Part shown: one piece after another, positions 13,268-24,802 of the stretch
Layout of the letters: each line of letters opens with the position of its first letter
Position numbering within the stretch: position 1 is the first letter of the stretch
Source of the DNA: Octopus sinensis
Taxonomy: Eukaryota
Direction: 5' to 3'
Length of the DNA: 64,000 nucleotides
NCBI RefSeq assembly: GCF_006345805.1
Contig: NC_043022.1
Span: 3,782,001-3,846,000, forward strand
The notes under the pieces: generated by a model
Database searches by the model: none
Seen by the model: the letters and a program-made list of their open reading frames with translations, nothing else
Told to the model about the DNA's origin: nothing
Position numbers and translations under genes: made by a program

Positions 13268-14005
13268 TGTGTGTATGTTTTATGTATGTGTATATATGTA
13301 TGTATGTGTGTTTATGTATGTATGTATGTGTGTGTGTATGTATGTATGTATGTATGTGTGTGTATGTATGTATGTGTTTATGTATGTATGTATGTGTATG
13401 TATGTATGTATGTTTGTATGTAAGTATGTGTGTATGTATGTGTTATGTGTGTGTATATGTATGTGTGTGTGTATGTATGTATGTATGTGTTTATGTATGT
13501 ATGTATGTATGTATGTATGTCTGAATGAATGTAATGTGTGTTGTGAAGGTGTCTGAGTGTTGTACGTGTGTATGTTTATGTATATAATATATATTAATAA
13601 TATATATATATATATATATGAATCTGCCAATAATAGAAGAGTACATTATATATGTTTGTGTGTACATGCGTACATATATATAAACACATACGTATCTGTA
13701 CATACAAACGTATGTATATGTGTGTGTGTATACGTGTGTGCGCGGGCATGGATGTACATTTGTGTGCATACACACAGATATGCTGACATATATACATACA
13801 CACACACATACATACATACATACATACATACATACATACACATACATACACACACACATACATAAATAAATACATACACACATACACACATACATACACA
13901 TACATACATACATACATACACATACATGCATACACACACACATACATACATACATACATACACACACATACATACACATACATACACACACACACACATT
14001 ACATA
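13268..14005. repeat. inverted (TATG/TG)n and (CATA/CA)n microsatellite fields
   Basis: Directly visible. Confidence 0.95.
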
Positions 14006-14195
14006 CACGTGCGCATGTTTTGCGTTCATTTGTTATTGATACCCAAATCGATCGGATCGATCAGCGTTGTGTTCTGTGTATTTTAGGCAATTGACCCAAC
14101 TCACAGTAATCGATCGCAGGTTCAGAGAGTGGAGGCGGTGTAGTGGGGGTGGATGGGAGGGTGTGGGGAGGAGGAGGAGGAGGAGAAGGAGGAGG

Positions 14196-14672
14196 GATCT
14201 TTTCCTTATCAACGGCAGTTTTCAACACAATTTCTAGTTAACTAAACACTTTAAAACTTCGTATACTGATAGAATGTGTCAAAATAAAACATTTTTTTCT
14301 CCTGGCTTTCTTGAGAAAATTGTAATTTGTAAGTTTAACGTAGTTTAATTTTTCGAATTTTAACCAATCGATGGCCTCTTTTGAGCTAAACTCATTTGCT
14401 GCGTCTAAAACTGAGACAACATCCTGTCACTAACCCTAACCCTCACCCTAACCCTAACCCTAAATTTTAGCCTTTGGTTTTTTTTTTTCCTAATTGTTAT
14501 CCTTAAATTAATTTAACAATTAAGAAAAAAAAACCGAAGGGTAAAACGAAAGCAAAAACTCAAAACAAAAACAAAACGAATAATTTTAGACACACGCGTA
14601 ACAATTAAATTAATTTAGGGTCAGGATGTTGTCTCAGTTTTAGACGCAGCAAATGATTTTAGCTCAATAGAG
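14196..14672. mobile_element. unclassified repeat with internal inverted repeat and (CCCTAA)n tract
   Basis: Inverted arms of about 50 bp at 14376-14425 and 14620-14672, with a TAACCC tract at 14429-14463. The first 40 bp recur at about 25986. Confidence 0.55.
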
Positions 14673-14685
14673 GTTGTTTATGGAA

Positions 14686-14916
14686 GACCATCAGTCGCCC
14701 ATGCATACCGGCCTCCCATCTCTCTGCCACTGATGTTATCCAAGGGAAAGGTAAAGGGGCCGATACAGTTTGGCACCAGTGATGTCGCAACTCATTTCTA
14801 CAGCTGAGTGAACTGGAGCAACGTGTAATAATGTGTCTTGCTCAAGAACACAACACACACCCTGGTCCGGGTTCGAACTCACAACCTCACGATCGTAAGA
14901 ACGACGCTCTAACCTT
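14686..14916 (-). mobile_element. CORE-type tRNA-derived SINE truncated by the gap
   Basis: GAGTTCGAACCC B-box and TTCTTGAGCAAGACAC...TTGCTCCAGTTCACTCAGCTG. A related copy lies at about 63908-64000. Confidence 0.75.
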
Positions 14917-15016
14917 NNNNNNNNNNNNNNNNNNNNNNNNNNNNNNNNNNNNNNNNNNNNNNNNNNNNNNNNNNNNNNNNNNNNNNNNNNNNNNNNNNNN
15001 NNNNNNNNNNNNNNNN
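14917..15016. other. assembly gap (100 N)
   Basis: Run of exactly 100 N. Confidence 1.
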
Positions 15017-15597
15017 ATACACACACACACACACACATATATATACACACATATGTATATATACATATTTATATACATATTTATATATACATATATATAT
15101 ATACACACATATTTTTCTTTTTTTCTTTTCTTTTACTTGTTTCAGTCATTTGACTGAGGCCATGCTGGAGCTCTGCCTTTAGTCAAGCAACTCGACACCA
15201 GGACTTATTCTTTGTAAGCCTAGTACTTATTCTATCGGTCTCTTTTGCCAAACTGTTAAGTTATGAGGATGCAAACACACCAACATCAGTTGTCAAGCAA
15301 TGCTGGGGAACAAACACAGACACGCAAACACACAAACACACACACACACATATACGACAGGCTTCTTTCAGTTTCTGTCTACCAAATCCTCTCACAAGGC
15401 TTTGGTTGACCTGAGACTATAGTAGAAGACACTTGCCCAAGGTGCCACGCAGTGGCACTGAACCCAGAACGATGTGCTGAGCAGTGTTTGGGGTCTGAAG
15501 ACATGCCGTATGGCTAAACCCCTATGAGTGATAAACCCAGCGTAAGCCCAAACACCAGCCTACCCCCCTATAATATATATGTATATGTACATATGTA

Positions 15598-15631
<34 letters not shown>

Positions 15632-15642
15632 ATTGTATATAC

Positions 15643-15673
<31 letters not shown>

Positions 15674-15794
15674 GTACATTAAAGCATTTTAGCTCTTATT
15701 TCTAGCAATGTAGATGTTTCTAACACCCTAGTCATATTTAGTAGCAATTATAGTTTTCCTTTTTGGTAAAATACTACAGACTGCTGTCTGTATT

Positions 15795-16188
15795 TGTGCT
15801 GGTAGCACATAAAAAGCACCATCCGAACGTGGCCGATGCCAGCGCCGCCTCAACTGGCTTCTGTGCCGGTGGCACATAAAAAGCACCATCTGAACGTGGC
15901 CGACGCCAGTGCTGCCTTGGCTGGCTTCCGTGCCAGTGGCACATTAAAAGCACCAACCGATCGTGGCCGATGCCAGATCCCCCCCCGCCCCACCTGCACC
16001 GGTGGCATGTAAAAAGCACCCACTACACTCGCGGAGTGGTTGGAGTTAGGAAGGGCATCCAGCTGTAGAAACACTGCCAGATCAGACTGAAGCCTGGTGC
16101 AGCCCCTGGCTTCCCAGACCCCGTTCGAACCGTCCAACCCGTGCTAGCGTGGAAAACGGACGTTAAACGATGATGATGAAGATGATGA
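15795..16188 (+). mobile_element. retroposon family D: internal tandem units of about 66 bp, 3' hairpin and (GAT)n tail
   Basis: Four TGGCACRTAAAAAGCACC motifs, then GTTAGGAAGGGCATCCAGCTGTAGAAAC and a GGACGTTAAACGATGATGAT tail. At least 13 copies in the window. Confidence 0.85.
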
Positions 16189-17193
16189 GGATATATATAT
16201 ATATATACACATTTTGATGCTGATTCGAACCCAGAACCATTCCTTTTGAAACAAAGACAACTTCGTACTTTTCCATCTATATGCTGTATGGGAAGGTAAT
16301 GTGGAATCTTCTATGTAGATGCTCATGATGTTAGAGACAGCAGCTCAAATACTTTCAATTAGCATGGTCTTAAAAATGTAGATGATGCATCCTTAAATAT
16401 AATTAAGCATTTTTGAGCATGGTTGATGCCAGTCCCTGCAGACTGGCTCCCATGCCAGGGGCACGTAAAATGCAATATATGAACGGGTTCAATGTCAGTG
16501 CCGCCTGACCGGCTCCTGTGACAGAGACACATAAAAAGCACACACTACACTCTCGGGGTGGTTGGCATTAGGAAAGGCATCCAACTGTAAAAACCTTACC
16601 AGATCAGATTGGTGCCTAGTGCAGCCTCCTGGCTTGGCAGTCCTCAGTTAAACTATCTGACCCATGTCAGCATGGAAAGCGGAAATTAAACGATGATGAT
16701 GCTGACGATGAATTCTAAAAGAAAATTTTGAAAGTCATGGTTGGAAGCAACTTCAATCTTAGGTATACTCAGTCAGTGTTAACCTGGAGGTAAACAACAA
16801 CAGTTTGATCAATTCTTTGAGATATGGTCTGTTTTTAAAATTCCATTTCTTTTGTCTTTGATTCAAAGACCAACTTATCGTAATTCCAGCTTTTTAGGCG
16901 GAGGCAGGTGGAAGAGGAACAGACATGGGTGTGTGATTAAGGAGTTTGCTTCACAAACCCTGTGGTCCCGGGTACAATTCCACAGTGAAGCATCTTTAGC
17001 AAGTGTCTTCAACTATAGGCTCGGTCTGACCAATACTTTGTGAATCAAAGTGGTAGATGGAAACTGTACTGAAACCTGACACATCTGCTAGCTATTAACT
17101 CTTTGTCCTTGTCTGCTTCTCTTTTCCTCTCTCTCTCGACATACCTACCTTCCTACTTACCTATCTACCTACCTACCAAGCTATCAATCTATT

Positions 17194-17224
<31 letters not shown>

Positions 17225-18102
17225 GTGTGTAACTTTGTCCCCCTACCATTGCTTGACAACCAATGTTGGTGTGTTTATGTCCCCATAACTTAGCAGTTCA
17301 GCAAAAGAGACCAATAGAATAAGTATTGAGCTTACAAAGAATAAGCCCTGGGGTCGGTTTCTTTGACTAACGCCCTTTAAGGCAGTGCTCCAGCATGGCC
17401 ACAATCAAATGACTGAAACGTGTCTAGAATAAAAGAATATATATACATAGATAGATAATGAGAAGGTGCATGGTTTAATGGCTAGAGTATTCAGCTTACG
17501 ATCATAAGGTTATGGGTTCAATCCCCACTGGGGTGTGGTGTCCTTGAGCAAGACACTTCATTTCACATTGCTCCAGTTCACTCAGTTTTCAAAAATGAGT
17601 TGTACCAGTAATTCAAAGGGGGCCAGCCTTGTCTCATTCTGTGTCTTGCTGAATCTCCCTGAGAACTACTGTGGAGTACTCAACCACTTGCATGTTAATT
17701 TCTCGAGCAGGCTGTTCCATTGATCGGATCAACTGGAGCACTTCTTGTCGTAACCGGTGGAGTGCCAGGGTGTTTTGTGACGGTGAATGACCTTGTGGTC
17801 AGAGTATTCTGCTCATGACCCTAAAGTCATGGGTTCAATTCCAAGCGACGCATTGTGTCCGCAACACACTTTATTTCCCCTTATTCCTGTCCACTCATCT
17901 GGCAAGAATGATTTGTACCTGTAATTGAAAAGGGGGCCAGCCTTGTCACATTCTGTGTCAGGCTGAATCTCCCTCAGAACTACATTAAGGGTACACGTGT
18001 CTGTGGAGTACTCAACCACTTGCATGTTAATTTCATGAGCAGGCTGTTCCTTTGATCAAATCAACTGGAACACACACCGTTGTAACTGGAGAGTCTGGCC
18101 TT

Positions 18103-18141
<39 letters not shown>

Positions 18142-19060
18142 TGTGTGTGTGTGTGTGTACTTGTGTGTAACTTTGTCCCCCTACCATTGCTTGACAACCA
18201 ATGTTGGTGTGTTTATGTCCCCATAACTTAGCAGTTCAGCAAAAGAGACCAATAGAATAAGTATTGAGCTTACAAAGAATAAGCCCTGGGGTCGGTTTCT
18301 TTGACTAACGCCCTTTAAGGCAGTGCTCCAGCATGGCCACAATCAAATGACTGAAACGTGTCTAGAATAAAAGAATATATATACATAGATAGATAATGAG
18401 AAGGTGCATGGTTTAATGGCTAGAGTATTCAGCTTACGATCATAAGGTTATGGTTCAATCCCCACTGGGGTGTGGTGTCCTTGAGCAAGACACTTCATTT
18501 CACATTGCTCCAGTTCACTCAGTTTTCAAAAATGAGTTGTACCAGTAATTCAAAGGGGGCCAGCCTTGTCTCATTCTGTGTCTTGCTGAATCTCCCTGAG
18601 AACTACTGTGGAGTACTCAACCAACCACTTGCATGTTAATTTCTCGAGCAGGCTGTTCCATTGATCGGATCAACTGGAGCACTTCTTGTCGTAACCGGTG
18701 GAGTGCCAGGGTGTTTTGTGACGGTGAATGACCTTGTGGTCAGAGTATTCTGCTCATGACCCTAAAGTCATGGGTTCAATTCCAAGCGACGCATTGTGTC
18801 CGCAACACACTTTATTTCCCCTTATTCCTGTCCACTCATCTGGCAAGAATGATTTGTACCTGTAATTGAAAAGGGGGCCAGCCTTGTCACATTCTGTGTC
18901 AGGCTGAATCTCCCTCAGAACTACATTAAGGGTACACGTGTCTGTGGAGTACTCAACCACTTGCATGTTAATTTCATGAGCAGGCTGTTCCTTTGATCAA
19001 ATCAACTGGAACACACACCGTTGTAACTGGAGAGTCTGGCCTTTATGTGTGTGTGTGTGT
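17194..19060. repeat. near-identical tandem duplication of about 941 bp, bounded by (TG)n and containing SINE copies
   Basis: Identical ORFs at 17813 and 18754 (offset 941). I saw only small indels between the copies. Confidence 0.92.
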
Positions 19061-19562
19061 GTATCTGTCTGTGTGTCTTTAAGCCTTTACACTGATGCCA
19101 TTTGAAAGGAAAACGGTTTCCCCTTTTTTTGTATCTCATAATTTTGTGGTTCAACAGAGATTACTAAAAAGTACAACTTAAATACTGAGGTTCATAATAT
19201 TAGCTAAAATCCTCCACAGCAGTGCTCCAGCATGGCCGTAGTCGAATGACAGAAACAGATAAAAGAATAAACCCTCATTTTCACTGATTCTCTAAGGAAC
19301 CGGTTGCACCTTTTTCCTTTCTTTTTTCTCGGATTGGTGTCTTATGTTCTGCAATTCTTTCTTCACTTTTGCTTGTTTTGGCCAGCTGGAGCACTGCTTT
19401 TACTGAGGTACCAGTCCCTCACCTTAACAGTTTATATGGGTCCATTTTTTAGGAGCTAAAAATCTAATCCTAACCCCTAAAATTTAAAGGCGACAAACAG
19501 TATGCTCTTTAATTTGCTGTTTATTCCTTGACCAAGCCACAGAATGAATCTCTATGTGCTTG

Positions 19563-20018
19563 TTAGAAATAGCAGCCAAATCTCCTTCAAGTCACAATTT
19601 ATGAATGAGGCAGCCTCAACATGGTCGATAATTATGCTAAAAATAACACCCAAATCTCCTTCAAGTCACAATCTATCAATGAGTGAGCCTCTACATAGTC
19701 GATAATCATGCTAGAAATAGCAGCCAAATCTCCTTCAAGTCACAATCTATGAATGAAGGAGCCTCTACATGGTCTATTATAATGCTAGAAATAGCAGCCA
19801 AATCTCCTTCAAGTCACAATTTTTGAATGAGGGAGCCTCAACATGGTCAATAATTACACTAAAAATAACACCCAAATCTCCTTCAAGTCACAATCTATCC
19901 ATGAGTGAGCCTCTACATAGTCAATAATCATGCTAAAAATAGCAGCCAAATCTCCTTCAAGTCACAATCTATGAATTAGGGAGCCTCTACATGGTCGATA
20001 ATCATACCAGAAATAGCA
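19563..20018. repeat. minisatellite with a unit of about 74 bp, 6+ units, trimeric higher-order structure
   Basis: Unit TAGAAATAGCAGCCAAATCTCCTTCAAGTCACAATCTATGAATGAG... Units 1/4 and 2/5 share diagnostic variants. Confidence 0.92.
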
Positions 20019-20512
20019 ATTAAATTACTTCCAATTAAAACAGTTTTGGAAAAAGTACAGAAGACAATAAATAATATCTTGTATTTCTAAACTGACTTGA
20101 TGGTCATGCTTGGAACCATCTTTGATGATTGATTCGTTCAGTCAGTGCTAACGTGAGACTGGACAACAATGAAATGGGAAGAACACATTAGACCAAGTCC
20201 TAAATGTACAGAATGACCAAATGTCCAAGCATCTGCCCGGTCAGGGTTTGTCCAGAGTAAAACAACAATAATTAGTGAGGACAGCATTAATCAGCAGCCA
20301 ATTAGCCATCACATACACACAAACACACACACATATGCATACGCACTCACCACAAAATATCCTGTACACAGGCACCCACTCCATAGGACATGAATGGCTA
20401 GAAGGACTTTACTTCTGACAACTGGAAAATAGGACTGTTATCCTGGTTTAACGTAATTAACCATTAATCCTAATGATTTAGCATTTTATTATCCATAACC
20501 AGCTGCTGTATT

Positions 20513-20579
<67 letters not shown>

Positions 20580-21721
20580 TATTATTATTAAGGCAGTGAA
20601 CTGGCAGAACCATTAGCACATCAGGCGAAATGCCGAGCAGTATTTCGTCTGCCGTTACGTTGTGAGTTCAATTTCCGCCAAGGTCGACTTTGCCTTTCCT
20701 TCTTTCGGGGTTGAATAATTAAGTACCAGTTGAACACCAGGGATCGATGTAGTCAACAAGCCCCCTACCTTCAAATTTCAGGCCTTCTGCCTACAGTAGA
20801 AAGAATTATTATTGTTGTTGTAGTTGTTATCATCATCATCATTGTTTAACGGCCACTTCCCATGCTGGCATGGGTTGGACGTGTCTGACTGAGGACTAGC
20901 AAGCCAGGAGGCTGCACTGGGCTCCAATCTGATCTGGCAATGTTTCTACAGCTTGATGCTCTTCCTAATGCCAACCACTCCGAGAGTGTAGTGGGTGCTT
21001 TTTACATTCCACTGGCACAGGAGCCAATCAGGTGGCACTGGCAGTGATCACACTTGAATCCTGCTTTTCACATTCCACTGGCACAGGGGCCAGTCAAGCA
21101 GCACTGCCTTTGACCAAGCTCGAATGGTGCTTTTTTACATGACAAGTTACTATTATTTCCTGATCTCCAGACTTGTTAGTACGCTGGGTGAAATGTTTGG
21201 TGGTATTTTGCCTGCCTTTATGAGCAGAGCTCAAATTCTGCCATAGTTGACTTTACTTTTCACCTTCTCGTGGTTGAAAAAGCAAGTACCGGTTAACTAC
21301 TGGGGTACATATATATTGAATTCTAACACCAGGTTTTTCTATGCAAAATATTTATATTAAATGATGATGATGATATGTGCATGTACGTGTGTGTATATAT
21401 ATATATGTGCATTCATATACATGTCTATACTTATATACATACATATTCATATATATATATAGATATATAAAACATAGTAAATAGGGTAATAAAAATAAAT
21501 TCTTATTACCAGTGACCTAGCACAAAAGACGAATTAGTCATTAGACTATACGTTATTCATATATAAGTACATTAAAAGGCTTCCAACATCTCAGCTGAGA
21601 TGATAAACGTTTTTAATTTTCCTTCCATTTCATGAATTTATCCCCCTCCTTATGTATCTAGCACTTGCTTCTTTATTTGGAAGCCTTTTAATGTATTTAT
21701 ATATAGATATATGTATGTATA

Positions 21722-21753
<32 letters not shown>

Positions 21754-21902
21754 AAGGTTTATATATATAAACCCCAGTTTATCTAATTACCTTACACTTG
21801 AATATTAAATATAATATACAAAACTTATTGTAATAGCTAATAAACCAGTATATTCATAAGATTTGATCCCTTAATGAGGTATTTAACCTTTAATTGAACT
21901 CT

Positions 21903-21938
<36 letters not shown>

Positions 21939-22438
21939 ATATATATTATACATTTCAGTGCAGCATCGTAGGTAACCCCCAAACTTCTCAAATAAGCAAC
22001 AAACCACAGACATGAATCACGAACAATAACTCTCAGAATATCAGTAATTAATTTCTCCTTTATCTGAGTAATTAGCATGCACCTGAGCATGCACCTGTAA
22101 TTGTCATTATTAAACTGTTTTTTGGAACATAAATTAACTTGTGATTTTGATGGAAGATTTTAATTCAGATGAATTTTAATCCACTGCTTTTGTTTCAATT
22201 AATTCTGAGAATAACGAAGAATTTAGTAAAATAATTTAGTCATTATGAAGTTGGTGCTTGAAACAAAATAGCAAAAAATTCTTATGAAAGGTTTTAATTG
22301 AGATCGCTTTAACCCTTTTGTTATTATTTCTGCTTTTGTTTCAATTAATTTTGAAAATAACATAAAATTTAGTCAAAAAACTCTGTCATGATTCTGCTAG
22401 TGCTAGAAACAAAAAAAAATTTGATGGAAGGTTTTTAA

Positions 22439-22659
22439 CCCTTTAGCATTTAAACTGGCCATATCCGGCCAAAAGTATTCTGCCTGTTTTATGTTCAAAC
22501 TGGCCAGATCTGGTCTCTCACACCAACCCTACAATATCGTTTTAAAAATTAACAGCTACCTCATCAAAATCTCATAGCTACAAGATAATGCATGATTAGT
22601 TCAAAACAATGTGGATAAAAAAGCATTCATTTTGGCAGAATAATGCGAACACTAAAGGG
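22439..22659 (+). mobile_element. piggyBac-type MITE
   Basis: TTAA-CCCTTTAG ... CTAAAGGG-TTAA. Reverse copy at 57063-57283 and degenerate copies at 52340-52845. Confidence 0.85.
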
Positions 22660-23295
22660 TTAAAGACCTTTTTAAGACAGGCAGTTTGTATCATAAAACC
22701 AGGGGCTGTTTCAAGTGGCTTCATATCAAAAGGGTTAACTCTTTTGTTCCTTTAATTTAATTCTGGAAATAAGGACAAATTTAGTAAAACAATCCTGACA
22801 GTATTAACATGGTGTGAGGCAGCAAGCTGGCAGAGTTGTTAGCATGCCGGGGAAAATGCTTAGCATTTCATCCATTGCACGATCTGAGTTCAAATTCCAC
22901 TGGGGTTGACTTTGCTTTTCATCCTTTTGGGGCCGTTAAATCTAGTACCAGTGAAACACTGGGGTCAATGAAATCAACTAGTCTCCTCCCCCTCCAGATT
23001 TCAAGCCTCATGCCTTTATCCGAAAGGATTACGAATCTGGTGTATGGAACATAAATGAACATGAAATTCTAATGGAAGGTTTTAATTTATTTCACTTCAA
23101 CCCTTTCGCTACCATATTTCTGTTGAAATAATGAAGAATTTGGTAGAATAACATAATTGTTATTAAACTGGCTTTTGGAACAAATTAAGATGAAATTTTA
23201 ATTGAAGGTTTTAATCTAGATCGCTTCAACCCTTTTGTTACCATATTTCTGTTGAAAAGAACGAAGAATTTGGTAGAATAACTTTGTCCCTTCTT

Positions 23296-23514
23296 TTGGC
23301 TTGATGCTCAGGTGCATTCTGCGATCAAGGCTTCGGTTGCATGCATTAAGCTCTAGAATTGCCCCAGTTATCAACTCTCCTCCTCAGGAATATGGTCTTG
23401 AGGATTAGGGCCGGTTCCTGAGCCATTTGTGGTTTCACCATTCGTTTATGGCATGAACTTGCCCTTGCCTGGCTTAAGCTTTGAGACAAGGAGATGTATG
23501 GCTGCTGACTTAAT
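23296..23514 (-). pseudogene. 18S (SSU) rRNA 5'-region-derived insert
   Basis: Three SSU-like blocks in the correct order on the - strand: CTTGTCTCAAAGCTTAAGCCA, GGTGAAACCACAAATGGCTCA and GATAACTGGGGCAATTCTAGAGCT. Flanked by the 7-bp direct repeat CCTTCTT. Confidence 0.85.
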
Positions 23515-23942
23515 CCTTCTTAATCTGGTGTTTGGAACATAAATTAAGATTAGATTTTAATGGAAGGTTTTAGTTTAGATCACTTTAACCCTTTTGTTAC
23601 CATATTTCTGTTGAAATACACAGCTTTTGTTTGATTTAATTTTGGAAATAATGAAAAATTTAATAAAATGGTTGTCATTATTAATCCGATGTTTGGAAAC
23701 CTGAAATTTTGATAAAGGATTTAATTTAGATCACTTTTATTTCCATATTTGTGTTGAAATACACTAACCTTATTTCAATTAATTTTGAAAATAATGAAAA
23801 ACCTTGTAAAATAATTTTGTATTATCAAACCGATGTTTGCAACAAATAAACAAGAAATTTTGATGCAAAGTTTTTAAGATAACCTTAAAAACGAAGTTTG
23901 TCACAGAATCAAGAGTAGGTCATGGGTGGATTGGTAATAAAA

Positions 23943-24173
23943 GGCAGCGAGCTGGCTGAAACGTTAGCACGCCGGGCGAAATGCTTAGCGGTATTTCGTC
24001 TGCCGTTACGTTCTGAGTTCAAATTCCGCCGAGGTCGACTTTGCCTTTCATCCTTTCGGGGTCGATAAATTAAGTACCAGTTACGCACTGGGGTCGATGT
24101 AATCGACTTAATACCTATGTCTGTCCTTGTTTGTCCCCTTTATGTTTAGCCCCTTGTGGGTAATAAAGAAATA
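23943..24173 (+). mobile_element. SINE family B
   Basis: Full-length copy with TSD GGTA(A/T)TAAAA. Confidence 0.9.
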
Positions 24174-24802
24174 GGTATTAAAAGGGTCAAAGGCATAAAT
24201 ATCACCATTTATTTACCTGTTGCTGTTCTTCTTCAGCCCCACTCTCCATGGGGACAAAAACAAACAAACCACATCTCATCATTTCAAATGTCTTTCTTCT
24301 CTCTCATTAACAATCAATTGGCAGTCATTAACCTGATTAACATGATTAACATTTGTATAGTGTTAGTCTATGTCTAATTAGTATACATCCAATTACGTCT
24401 TACCGTTAATTACAAACCATCACTTTAGAAAGCATGAAAGTTTAAACGAGACTTTTTATCGTCTGCCGCTTCTCTGTCTCTCTCGTTTTCACTCCCTTTG
24501 TCTTCTTACTCTTTTCCTCCATCTCTCTCTCTCTCTCTCTAGTCTGGTCTGTTTCTCGTTTTCTCTCCCTTTGTCTTCTTTCTCTCTTCCTCCCCCTCTC
24601 TCTCGTGTCTCCTTCTCTGTCTCTCTCGTTTTCCCTCCCTTTGTCTTTTTACTCTTTTCCTCCCCCTCTCTCTCTCTCTAGTCTGGTCTGTCTCTCGTTT
24701 TCTCTCCCTTTGTCTTCTTTCTCTCTTCCTCCCCCTCTCTCTCTCTCTCTTGTCTCCTTCTCCGTCTCCCTCGTTTTCCCTCCCTTTCTCTCTCCCGTTT
24801 AC

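Noticed and set aside
15495-15535. SECIS element reading of the TGAA...AAA...GA hairpin
   Set aside because: The spacing to the AAA is too long, helix II pairs poorly, and no selenoprotein CDS is visible.
23296-23514. Functional rRNA gene or contaminant rDNA
   Set aside because: Only about 220 bp, CpG-decayed, TSD-flanked and embedded in host repeats; no ITS, 5.8S or 28S nearby.
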